DNA from: the human T2T-CHM13v2.0 reference genome, Homo sapiens
NCBI RefSeq assembly: GCF_009914755.1
Contig: NC_060928.1
Strand: one strand, 5' to 3'
DNA: 64,000 bases
The notes below the pieces were generated by a model, which saw only the letters and a program-made list of their open reading frames with translations, searched no databases and had not been told where the DNA came from. This document shows, piece by piece, positions 26,321 to 39,733 of the stretch (positions within the stretch are counted from its first letter, which is position 1; the number at the start of each line of letters is the position of its first letter). Both the position numbers and the translations under genes were made by a program.

Positions 26321-27609
26321 GATTGTCGTTTTAAAAATCCACCCTCCCCCATTTTTCTACCTCCACATTTTGGTATCTTCACTATAAAATAGTTTTCTCC
26401 GTTTTTTTTTCTTCATAGAAATCCTAAAGCTTAAGATCCTATTCGAGTTCTCTTCTCCCATGAAATATTGGTTAAGCACACCAACATAACTCTTTTAAAG
26501 TATTATACAGCATCATGCCATGTTTTATACTTACCATATAAAGCCTAGTTTTTATCTTTTCGTGAGCACATTTTTATCAGCCTTTAGGGAAATAGATATG
26601 TACAAGACACATGACCCAGACAGGCATATGCGTGTGTGCGTGTTTGCACATGTATTTGTACACCAATTATTTCAACTTCCAGCTACATCATCACTGCCCT
26701 AAAAAAAAACTATAATGCACTTTGTCTTTTGCAGGTTAACAGGATGGTCTGCATGAAATAATTCCAATCAAAATTATTTGTTAATTTGATTCTGGAGCTG
26801 AGAGATTTCCTTTCACAGGTTTTCCTTTTTATATAAGAAATTTGTAAAAGAATTTTTTTAATTAAGCATTTAGCATTTAGGATACTGGTTTTCTATATTA
26901 GAAGAAGGTTTTCATTATAGAAAGCAAAATACAATCAAAATTTTTAAATACACAAAATTTCATAGTTCGATTAAAGGAAAGTACAGAAAGGGGTTAGTTT
27001 TTAGTGGCAGGCACTCCCTAGAACATCTTTTAAAGGGGGAAAAGTGAGAGACATGTAAGATAGAAACATGGTACAGAAAATAAAGCATAAAACAACATTA
27101 ACTTAGGGTCATTATACTTTATGTGTTCTATTACAATGGTCCAAAGGACTATTACTTGTTAAAGAAATGAAAATAAAGACTTCCTAAGTTACATCTGCTA
27201 TGTTACCTCAGATCAATGAGACACATTTTGAGGAGGTACTCAAATGTCCTAGATGTGTACAAGAGGAATCTCAAATTTGGAGATGGGACAGGTTTCCATC
27301 ATATTTGAACCTGATAAGCACTTAGGCACTGTGAATTTTCAGTGGTGATAATGAGGAGGGATTTCTGTAGAAAATTCTTTGCTGTACCTGAAATAAACCC
27401 TTATCCTTTATACTCTCACCAAGAATATTAAGACAATAACAACTGCCTTATATCTCCTACCCAGAAGGATAGACAGAAACTTGATAGGATTATGAGACAT
27501 TTAGAAAACTATCTGATAAAACAACGATTTGATTTCTGGAGTATCTTCCACATGCAAGTCAGCATGTAGTAAAGCACAAGACATCTAGAGAAGACAAACA
27601 ATAAAGTAA

Positions 27610-27842
27610 ACAAGGGTACAGGTTCTACAGTCAGACTGCCTGGGCATGAATCCTAGCTCTGTCAATTACTAGGATTGGGGACCTAGGGCAAGCTACTGAA
27701 CTTGTCTGGGACCAGTTCCCCATACACAGGGAAGATAATGATAAAATACCTGCCTCACAGGTTGTTGTAAAAATTAAATGAAACGTATAAAGTGCTTAGA
27801 ATACTGCCTGGCACATAGAAACCCTCAATAAATATTAGCTAT
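27610..27842 (+). mobile_element. MIR SINE
   Basis: cagactgcctgggcatgaatcctagctctg...acctagggcaag...gtgcttagaatactgcctggcacatag...ctcaataaat. Confidence 0.85.
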
Positions 27843-27849
27843 TGTCTGT

Positions 27850-27950
27850 ATTATTTTTATTAGCCTCAAAGAGTTTATAATCTAGTCAAGGGAGTGAGAC
27901 AGGAGCAGTGAAAATACAACTAATGACACAAGGCCATGTGTACATGACAA
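27850..27950 (+). repeat. 101-bp dispersed direct repeat, copy 2 (partner 17978-18078)
   Basis: See copy 1; offset 9,872 bp. Confidence 0.95.
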
Positions 27951-28693
27951 GTGTCAGATAAGTCAGTCCGATACTGAGTGTTAGTTCTGAGAAGAGAGAA
28001 TCATTTTTAGTTTTAAGTAATGTTGCCAGGAATCCAGGCAAGGGATTTCTTATCAGGTCACAGAATTTTTAGCATAGTTATGTTATTTTGGTCATGGAAA
28101 TCCCTTTGAAAACAATTTCAGAAAAGGCCTCTCCTAACCTTTGGGTGTATTAAGGCATCCAGATTTTCCCTCTGACCTGGGAAATGAAGGCACATCATCA
28201 GCACATCCAGACTTCATATAAAATTTGATTATGGTCCTATCCAATTACCGGAAATTCCTACAAGTTTCCGATGGCCTCTCAGCTGTGTCTGGCTTGACTG
28301 AGAGGCCATACAGTCCAACAGTTCCACAGACTTGGCCAAGAAACATAATTTGAGAGAAGGAATAAGAACTATATAAATGAAGATGGCCTTGTCCCACAAA
28401 TATGAGTTTTTATACTGAAAATAAACACTGTACTAAACTGTTTGGTTCAAAGGCAAGATTCACCTTTAAAATTTTTTTTACTGCTGTGTATTTCCTGAGG
28501 TTGGAGTGTGTCATTCATTTTTATATTCCAAGTATCTAATACGATGCTTGGAATATGGTAGACACCGGGTAAATCCCAGATGGATGAATGAGAAGCTATA
28601 AAGAAAAAAAGGGGAAGGAAGGGAAAGAAAGGCCTGTTTTCAATATAAACTAGGTTGAAATACTTTACCAGCCTAAGTGATATCCTCACCCAC

Positions 28694-29055
28694 TGATATG
28701 ATTTGGCTGTGTCTCCATCCAAATCTCATCTTGAATTGTAGCTCCTATAATTCCCACGTGTGTAGGAGGAACCCAGTGGGACATAACTGAATCGTGGGGG
28801 CGCACTCCCCGATACTGTTCTCATGGTAGTGAGTAAGTCTCATGAGATCGATGGTTTTATAAGGGGAAACCCCTTTCACTTGGCTCTCATTTTCTATCTT
28901 GTCTGCTGCCATGTAGGATGTGCCTTTCACCTCCTGCCACAATTGTGAGGCCTCCCCAGCCATATGGAACTGTGAGTCCATTAAACCTCTTTTTCTTTGT
29001 AAATCACCCAGTCTCAGGTATGTCTTTAGCAGCAGAGTGAGACTGGACTAATATA
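28694..29055 (+). mobile_element. THE1 (THE1B/C-like) solo LTR, antisense to the gene
   Basis: tgatatgatttggctgtgtctccatccaaatctcatcttgaattgtagctcc...gactaatata. TSD cccac/cccat. Confidence 0.92.
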
Positions 29056-31108
29056 CCCATGCAACCCCTGACCCTTCACTGTCTTATTTGAATCTGGCTT
29101 TTACCACTCAAGACTTTTAATGTTAGTTATATTTTAAAATACTTATCTTTACTTCCAAATAGATGGTAAACTGGAACATAATTGGCATTCAAAAAGCATT
29201 TGTCAAATATATGAGGATTACTTAGCTAACTGAACGCTCTCTTGGGACAAGCAAGGACCTACTATGCTCGATGCTTCTAAAAATGCCTACTCTTGTGCAT
29301 TGTATAATGTACTCCAAAAAATAATTTCAGGTTTATTTAATTCCATATTCTGCATGCATTTAATATATGCTTAATAAGCACCGACTATATTTCAGACACT
29401 GAGTTAAGTAATGATACTGGGTTAGTGACAACCATAGCCCAGACCCTTAAATAGCTTCTCATCCCATGGGAGAGACAGGACAAATAAGAAACAGGCAGAT
29501 TGAGAAATCCTGGGAGAATGTAAAGCTTCTACAGGGCCCACATCAGAGGCACCTAAGCTGTGGTAGGGTGCCAGGTGTTGGTGGTTTGGGAGAAGTGATG
29601 TAGGAGGGGAAGTCTGGATTGTTATAAGGAATTAGGCTGGCAAAGAGATGCAGGAAGGGATGTGCTACATCAGAATGAAACAATAAAATTTAAACACAGA
29701 AAAACCAAAGTGTCACCAGACTCAACATATAGTAGACACTTAATAAACAATAATTGAATAAATAAATTACTGCACTAGTGTTATGTCACTTGAAACCATC
29801 TGACATTGAACTATCCCCAGGTTCTCCCACCATGGACAAAAAGTGACATTTGGAAATGTGTTGCAATAGTTATAATACAAAACAAAGCTTGTATATCTCC
29901 TATTCCCACCCCATAGAGCTCCCACAGTATATACTTGAGCTTCCTGACTTTCCAGAATGTGCCAACACAACCATAAAGAAAATCAAACAGCAATCATTGC
30001 AAATGCCAAACGCTGAACTTTTGCAGCCAGTATTCCAAGAAAGAATTCTCTGTGCTTATATTTTTTGAGGTGTAGGCCACTTCTTGGTGTTTTCTTACCA
30101 GGGATTAGTCATTGCAAACACTGTTGACTAAATGTGGTTTGTTTTAACATACAAAATGCCTTTGTTCGTTGGCTTTCATCAGCCCCATCAGAGAGAGGCC
30201 CGGGCCATGCTCAAAGCTGCAGGACACTCGGAGAAGTCACATTGTGATTGCTTGTCTTCCCTCTAAAGGTTACATTTCATGACAGAGATTAAACGTCTTG
30301 CCCATTCTATGATTGCTTTTGAAAATTATGCACTAATGATAGCCACTCAGCAAGTAGCTTAGTCATTTCCCTTTAGCCTCTGTAGAGAGAATCCCAATTT
30401 GGTCATTTCTCCAACAAATGTTTCTTGGGTGCATATCATGTGCTAGAAACTGCTACATGCAAGATACAGTGGCCTATAAAACAGGCATGGTCCCTCCCTC
30501 ATGGAATTTACCTTTGATTAAAGGTACACATTGAATACATACTGGGGAGCCAATAACAGAAGCCGGACTCTCCCTTCATCACCGAGAGGCTGGCACAGAG
30601 CCCAGGGGCAGGCTGTTGAACACTTTCTCCCTGGAATTTGAATCTTGACCAGCATGCTTGTGCAGTTTTGTTCCCAAGGACACTTTCCGTTTTACAGAGC
30701 TATCCAGGAAGTTCAAGGTATTGGAATGTCAACAAATTGCCATTTATTGACTATCAATTAAGTGCAAGCATTGAACTATGTACTTTCCTTATATTATTTC
30801 TACATATATTATTTGAAAACTTAAAAAATGGAAAGGCTAATGTTTCCTGGCAGAGACACACAAATGATTTCTCAGGAATAGCAAATACATGTAATTATAG
30901 AAGGTAATGTAACAGGTCTCTCCATATTCCCAGAGCCAGTGCACCACTGGACTCACAGAAGATGCTCATCACTGATGTTCTATAGGTGTTTCTGGGATTC
31001 CTGTGACAATATAAAAGGCAACAAGTGCATAGTGACAAATGCCAAAGAGATGCAGAAACCACAAGATGGAGGACTCGCCTTTGGCAAATAAAGCCAGGGA
31101 TGAAGTTT

Positions 31109-31186
31109 CATAAAATCTATTTAGTACGTGCGTGTGTGTGTGTGTGTGTACACACACACACACGCACGTACTAAATAGATTTTATG
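31109..31186. repeat. Perfect inverted repeat: 37-bp arms, 4-nt spacer
   Basis: cataaaatctatttagtacgtgc(gt)9(ac)7gcacgtactaaatagattttatg. Confidence 0.95.
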
Positions 31187-31199
31187 TACTAAATAGATA

Positions 31200-31241
31200 A
31201 ATATACATTTATCTGCATATGCATACAGATAAATGTATATT
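31200..31241. repeat. Inverted repeat: 16-bp arms, 10-nt spacer
   Basis: aatatacatttatctg-catatgcata-cagataaatgtatatt. Confidence 0.9.
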
Positions 31242-31754
31242 AACTAAATCATAAGTACTAGTTTCAATTCATGGAATTTCAGAGGATAGCCACTGGGTGG
31301 TAGAATTCCCACTGTTTAGTTGGGAACAAGAACCCCATTCTTTTACTTAATGTCAAACACTTTGTGCTGACAGTATAACTCATCCAGCTTTAAGACCTCA
31401 GAACTGTCACTGGTTGTTTCTTGACTGCCCAATAGATTTGTAAATGCACCACACTTTCCTTTCACAGAATTATCCCTCCTTGACTGGATACACACCGAGA
31501 GCCAGTAAGCAAAAGCCTCACACTATTCTCACCACTCCAGGGCTAGCACAGAATAGGGAAAACCTATTGACATTTGAATCGTGATGAGACTCCTCTTGCA
31601 GTTTAGTTCCCAGGCTCCAGGTCTTTTAGGTACTAAGCCTAGTTCAACACCCTCTCATCAATTCCATCAGCCATACATATCCTTCTGCCTTTCTGCTTGA
31701 GGAAGCTAGAGTTGATTCTTTGTTTTCTATTCCATTGTTTGCAACCAAAGAACT

Positions 31755-31824
31755 CTAAATTATAAAAACAACTACTATGGCTAAATTATAAAAACAACTA
31801 CTATGGCTAAATACTACTATGGCT
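31755..31824 (+). repeat. 26-bp tandem duplication plus an internally deleted third copy
   Basis: ctaaattataaaaacaactactatgg twice (31755-31806), then ctaaat-actactatggct. Confidence 0.92.
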
Positions 31825-33282
31825 TTCCGTGGAATGAAATGGTTCTTGGAAAAGTAAAGGACTTATTAATATTACATTTGCTATCTTTATAGATTCAAGG
31901 AAAGGCAAAAGCTATTACTTCCAGGAGTTTGTAGACTTTGTCTTAATTCTGTCAAAATGCATACCCCCTCTATTCCAGGCACTATACAAGACATTTTCAA
32001 TGCATTGTCTCATTTAATTTTAACAACAACCAACTAGAACATAAGCTCCAGGAGGGCAGGATTTTTTTTACTCCCTGGTTCACTACTATATTCCTAGAAC
32101 ATTTTCACACATGATAGGTGATCAGTAAATGTTTGCTGAATGAATAAATAACCCTGAGGCAGGCACTATTTTACAAAAGGAGAAAAAAGATAATCATGGT
32201 CCTACTGCAAGTCAGTGGTAGAGCTAAGATTTGAAAGGCAGGCATGTCTGACTACAGGGCCCAGTCTCCTAACCATCTTGCTACCATTGCCTTTAGGTTC
32301 TTGGGATACAAAGAGAAGAGAAGGTTGCTGACCTCAGGGAATTTGGGCAAGCCCCTTTAAGTCCTGGTTTCCTCATTGTGAAGTAGAGATATGTCCCTCA
32401 TTTGGTTTTTGAAGACCTAAGAAAGTCCTGGAAAATGCCACATAGAGATGATATGTGAATATTGGAAGTCTGTCTAATGTTCAGAAAGGTAGAAAATTGA
32501 CAGTCAAATCTCACCTTTGTCATTGCTAGCAATTACCTGGCAAACCTCTTAACTCGGAGACTCAGTTCCATACTGCAGAACATTTGCCTTTTAGCCTTTT
32601 TAGAAAGACAGGAAAAATAACTACAAGTTTTATGGACTGGCTGAGTTGAAATATAAATACAAATTAAGGTATATAAATATATACTTATATAAATATAAAT
32701 TATATAGATTTAAAGTGTAAATTTATATTTATATTTTGTAGAATAAATTAAATATAAACATAAATTAAAGTATGTAAATATAAATTTATATAATACAAAT
32801 AAATAAGTTTATAAATATAAATTAAAATAGTATTGTAATAACTTTTAATACTAGCCCATTCCAGTACATGATTCAAATACATTATCAACTCTGTGGGCTT
32901 TCCAGGGAATATTCCCAGGGAATGTAGTAAGAGAACACTCAAGCATCATTTCAAAAACTATTCTTTAGGTTGCCTCTGTTAATTAGTGAAGAGTTTTAAT
33001 GCTTAAAATGTCAGTCCCAAGTTAGGCCAAGACAAGATTCTTAAAGATGATGCCAACCCATTCAGACACAGAGCCACTAGCGAGCCATGTCAGACATGAT
33101 CTTTGGCTTGTCCAATTATCTCTAGTTGGCCTGAATGCTGAAAGTGTAAGGGGAAGGTACAGGTACATTTAGGGTCTTCCAGCAAAGGAAGGAGAGAAGA
33201 TGTATTCAAAGAAGAGGGAAGGAAATTGGGAGACTGCAAAGAAGAACATTAACAAAAATTCAAAATATTTAAAATGTAACAC

Positions 33283-33648
<366 letters not shown>

Positions 33649-33745
33649 TCAATAAGGAATATTCAAGTAGCACAGAAAATTCAAGAAGAATGGGGACCTG
33701 AAAAAGGGCTTTTGAGTTAGACAATTAAGAAATCTTTGAGTAGAA

Positions 33746-34047
33746 GGTGGGGCATAGTAGCTCAACCCTACAATCTCAGTGCTTTGGGAACTCTACATGG
33801 GAGGATTGATTGAGGCCAGGAGTTCAACAGCAGCCTGGCCAACATAGTAAGACCTTGTCTTTACAAAAAATTTAAAAATTAGCCAAGTGTGGTGGCACGC
33901 ACCTGTAGTCCTAGCTATATGGAAGGCTGAGATGGGAGGACTGCTTGAGCCCAGGAGTTTGAGGCTGCAGTAAGCAATGATCACATCACTGCACCCAGCC
34001 CAGGCAACAGAGCAAGAGACACCCTACCTTAAAAACAAAAAATAAAC
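33746..34047 (+). mobile_element. AluJ-like SINE
   Basis: J-type ttgagcccaggagtttgaggctgcagt. Flanked by gagtagaa at 33738-33745 and 34048-34055. Confidence 0.88.
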
Positions 34048-34345
34048 GAGTAGAATGATGGTTACCAGGGGTGGGGGGAGGGGAAGGTATGGAAAGATAA
34101 AGGTCAAAGTGTACAAATTGCAATTATGTGGGATGGATATGTCTAGAGATCTAATGTACCACATGAGGACTATGGTTAGTAATATTGTACTGGATTCTGA
34201 GAGTAGATTTTAGGTGCTCTTACTACAAAAAAAAGTAACTATGTGAGGTGATGGATGTGTTCATTTGCTTGGCTGCGGTAATCATCACTATGTGTTTGTA
34301 AATCAAAACATAATGTTCTATATCTTAAATATATACAGTAACAAA
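34048..34345 (+). mobile_element. L1MA/L1MB 3' end
   Basis: gagtagaatgatggttaccaggg...tctagagatctaatgtac...gagagtagatttt...gtaactatgtgaggtgatggat. Confidence 0.85.
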
Positions 34346-36204
34346 TAATGCTATTTAAAATAAGTCTCTGATAACAGCAGAGGAAGCACCACTAAACTCA
34401 ATGGCAGAGAGATTACAAGCAATGCTATTGTTTCCTGATAATCCTTCAAAAAATAAATACCTCAGCAAGAAGCCAAAGAAGCAAGGAACAAAAGAAAAAT
34501 TCTAAAAAGTCAAGGAAATCTAAATAAAGAGTCAAAAGATGAATGCAGGAAAACACAAGGGCCAGAATTCAAATAGTGGTGAATGGAGAGAATTGGGTAC
34601 CACTGGCTTGCACTCTGCCTACTAGACTCTTGGTAATATTTACCTTCTGACCATTCTTATAAAACCCCCTTGGGATGACTAGGCTCCCAGGAAAAACAAT
34701 AATGTCAGGTAATACCAGTTGCATGCTTGGATATTTATCTTCATCCAATCAGCAGTACAGCTGTTACCATAATACCCTGATCAATAATTTGCTACCCAAA
34801 CCAGAACACTACGACCTCTAAGTACAACATATTTCAAACTAAGGGCAAAGACTCCTAACAGCCCTTTCTCAATGTGCTGCAGTGGGAGTGGTTGAGAGCA
34901 CTCTCATGTTTAGACAGCAATAAAACACTGTTTTGTAAACATAACTAGAAATGCAAAATAGGCACCACTTTATCTTAAACATCAATGCACAAAAACCTGT
35001 ATTATTCGAAACAAAGAATGAACATGCTGAAGTGGAATTACTGACGTATCTGAAGATTTTGATACTGTCACCAGACCCAGCCCAGAAGCTGCTCAACAGC
35101 TCATGTTACCCAGGTAATTTTCCCAGTCCCCTAAAAATATTTCCAATTTGGTTTAGTAATGGTTTAGATGATCACAAGTTAAATGTCATTCATTCATTCC
35201 TTCATTCACCAGCTACTGAGTACCTTTTATGGACATAATGTTGAACTAGAAACCAGGGAGTTGCTAGGAGAACACAGGAACCAAAAGAAATAAAAGCCAT
35301 TATCCCTGCTTATAATGTAGGTGAGAGAATACCATGCAGTGTTATGTATTTACTGAGCTCCTATTATGTGCAAGGAATTGTATATAAGAAAAAGATGAAT
35401 GGGGCATGGTTTGACTCCTTGGTCCAGAAACAAAAAAAAGGCAAAATATTTCTGAAAAAATGCATAACACAAATGCAACATGATTTGCTGCCCACTAAAG
35501 GAAGGGGAATGATCACAGCTACGTGCAATTTGTAAGAAATTGTTTATTTGGGGAAATATACATATATTCCATTGCATTTTAAAAAGAGTTATATTCCTCA
35601 CTAAAGTTGTCTCTCAGGAGACTTATCTAACAGGCATATTCTACTGAATTTAGTATGAAGACATGCCCAAGAGTTCAATAAAAGACTTTAAAGCTAGGTT
35701 TAAGATGCATTATCAATACTTGGTAATTGCCTTCCTTCTCAACCAAATGCCAGCAAAAATCTTAGTCAATCAGTCAACGAGTATCAACCACATACACAGT
35801 GAGGATGAAGAATGTCACAAACAGTGCCCAGTTTCACAATTCTAATATATGCTTTTAAGTACAAGCCTCTGCAAATGGAAGTGTCTACAGCTCTGTGGTC
35901 AGTAGGGCATGAACTGATCTGTTGACCAGTCTGTGGCTGAACAGATTCATGCTGATCTCTCCACTAAATAATACAAAATCTACTTGGACAAAGTCAGGTC
36001 AAGTCTCTGCTAGATGTTTAGGTAGAGGTGGAATTAATCAGGGAACACTTCCTGAATTTGAGAGGTTCCTGTGATTTTAAAATTTGAGAAAATTGCAAAC
36101 AAGAAGACAGAAATAATTCCAGGCATTTGGAAAATTTGAAAGAAGCTGGGAGTAGGAGGGGATGAGAAGCGTAGTGCCTGGCAATAGAGGTATTAATTGG
36201 GAAG

Positions 36205-36375
36205 CAGTGTAAGGGAATGATTACGAATTTGACTGTTGGAGTTAGGTAATATTAGTTCTTCTGGTTACTTTCTGTAACTTGGCCCTGGGCAAGTTACTTA
36301 TTTAAGCCTCACTTTCCAAACTGTAAAATGAGGTAACACTTTCAACCCATCATGGTGATTATGAGAATTAGATAA
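36205..36375 (+). mobile_element. MIR SINE
   Basis: ccctgggcaagttactta...gcctcactttccaaactgtaaaatgagg. Confidence 0.7.
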
Positions 36376-37443
36376 GACTAGTTTTTATTTTTTTAATTAA
36401 ACTCTGTAAAACTATGTTTTTAACATTGTCTTAAGATGTTGAGTCCAGTGCTGGGCAAGCCCAAAGCTACTGTAGTATTATTATTATTGGCAAGAAGAAG
36501 CCTGGCGAATTATCAAACTCAAAGCAAGAGAAAAATCTTTACTACGTGGGGCAAAAGGGGATCCCTTAAATCTTTCCTCCAGTTTATTTGCCAAATAAAC
36601 AATGTTCTTGAAGACACCCCTCCTTATCAAGCACTCCATGACTTCTCCAGAGCTCCATCGTCGCATATTGTTCATGGACTTCCTTCCAATAGCAGCCGCC
36701 CCACCTGCTTTACAATCTGCGCATCACATTCCTCTCTGCGCCTTCCCTGAAACATGTCCTCTTCTCATTCTCTCATTTTTGTTAACCAAGCCCAAATTCT
36801 CCAAATCACCCAAGGTTGAAACCACAGCCATTTTTCCTCCCTTTTTTCACCACAACATCCAACCTATCACTTAATATGACAACAATCTTTATTGATCCTT
36901 CCTTCGGGAAGTCTGCCATATGCATTCCTTCCTTTCATTGTTACCATCACCCCCTAATTCAAGCTCTATGACCTCAAGCCTGAAAACCTCAACAGCTTCC
37001 TCACCAGGCCCCTGGTTGCAAGCTCTAAGATAACCTTTCTTCGCTGATGCCACCAGATAACTTTTAAGAGTCCCTGGTGTCTAACAAACCCCATATTGTC
37101 TTTTTTTCTGCTCCTCCTGACTTAACCTTGATATTCTTTATGCAAGTCACTTCACATGCCTGGGCCTCAGTTTCTCCATTGTGAAATGAGCATGCTAGAT
37201 GAAATCTCCCCTCATGTTAATTTAGTACAATTCCAAGATCCCATTCACTTGTATCTACTTTCTCTGCTGCTCTATTAGATGAGTCCCCAGTCATCACTTG
37301 GTCTTTCCTCACCACTACTGTGTTGCTCATAGCATTGTCTCTATCCTGTTCAGTTTTTTATTCCAACATCTAGCATAAATCCGTGCACATAGTAGGTGAT
37401 AAATATGTGTTAAAATAATAATGAGATGAAAGCCGACGTCTAA

Positions 37444-37802
<359 letters not shown>

Positions 37803-38657
37803 TTGAAGATCTATTTCAAAGGCAACCTCCACCACATTAGCTTCCCTCTTCACTCATAGGTTTCACAGATCTCTTCCCACCTCTAAAATTCTTAGAGTAG
37901 TTTGTTAATATCAGGCCAATGCTCACATGTTTCCTTAGTTTTTAAGGACACTGAAGGCAGGGGCTAATTCATTGTCTCTTTTATTTATATGGTGCCTAGA
38001 ACAGGGCTTTGTCCACATTTTACTATCTACATTTTACCCATTGTCTGATTGTGTCACCCGGGTAAGTCTTGCCTCCTTATACAGCTGGGCATCCCCAAAG
38101 GAAGGGAATCCCAAGCCCATATACTTGGTCTGTAATTATCATGGTTTCTGGCAAAATTCTAGGTACACAGCAGATGCTGAAAAATAATGTTTGGTTTAAC
38201 AATCAAGTATGGTATGTGTGGGGTAGTATACCTTCAGGAGTAGCAGCAACCAGCCCTGGCAGGGGAGAGGAAGGCTAAATCACCTAAGTATGAGTTACTG
38301 AGGGTTCAAAGGAAATGATGGAGGAAGATGGTGAACATGCACTCAAGAACAAGAGGAAAGTCTTTCGCAGCAGACTGTACATGGAGAACAAAGGACAGAT
38401 AGAGACAATGACCCCAAGGCTTGTGGTTTTAGGGGGAAACAGCAAACTGGTTTCTGATCCCTGGGAGCACATAAACAAGAAGTTAGGCAACCTGGTGTGT
38501 GCTGTATTGCAGAGTCAGCCTTGTGCTAAAGATTAACAGCCCGTCTTAAAGGGGACTAAAGATCAGCAGCAAGCTTGCAAAGCACCAAAGACCTCATTGA
38601 CAGCAGACGGCAGTTGCAATTGCAACCAGCAGTTCTCTGCAAAAAAGAGGCACCACT

Positions 38658-38990
<333 letters not shown>

Positions 38991-39708
38991 TCAGTCAAGC
39001 AAATATATCCTTGAACATGGCAATGTGACTGGCCAGCGTTTCTGAGGATTCCTGATAGAAAATACCCATTTCTTCTCTGACACTGAGGAGAAGCAGTAAG
39101 AACCAGGAAATCTGAGTTCTGGTTAAATACTAAGTCCTAAGTTCCTCATCTGTGGGAAGACAGAAATCACACATAACCAAGGGTAGTGATTGACACTTAG
39201 CACGGCCCCAATAAAATGTTTATGAGAAGGCTGGTAATTCAGGTAGAATCAGATCTATTAAGAGAGAAGACCCATGCATGGTGTCTGGGACACAGTAGGG
39301 ACTCTATAAATGTCTTAAAATTTCCTTGGGTGGCATTCTATCAACATGGGTATCTCATTTCTGCAGTTCAGTGACAAGTCTCCTTGAGGACTGAGGCCTT
39401 GTGTTAGACACCTTTCCACCTCTTACCGCACCTGGCATAACACCTTGCACATAATAATATGAACTCAAGAAATATCTGGCGATTAATTGCCTCACAGGTA
39501 GCATCTGCGGCTGAAATCTATTTCACACTAAATTGGCAAATGCAGGCTTCAGAATGTAGGTAAACTGGTCAACCTGAGAACAGTCTTAAACTTTGATGAT
39601 CAGCAGCATGGTTTCTGATGAAATGAGTGGAAACTAGTATATTGTTAAGTGTTGTAATCTACACATGCAGTTATATGGCTTAAACTGAGACAGCCCACAT
39701 TTATTCCT

Positions 39709-39733
39709 ACACACACACACACACACGCACACA
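39709..39733 (+). repeat. (CA)n microsatellite (UG repeat in the pre-mRNA)
   Basis: (AC)9 gc acaca. Confidence 0.9.
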
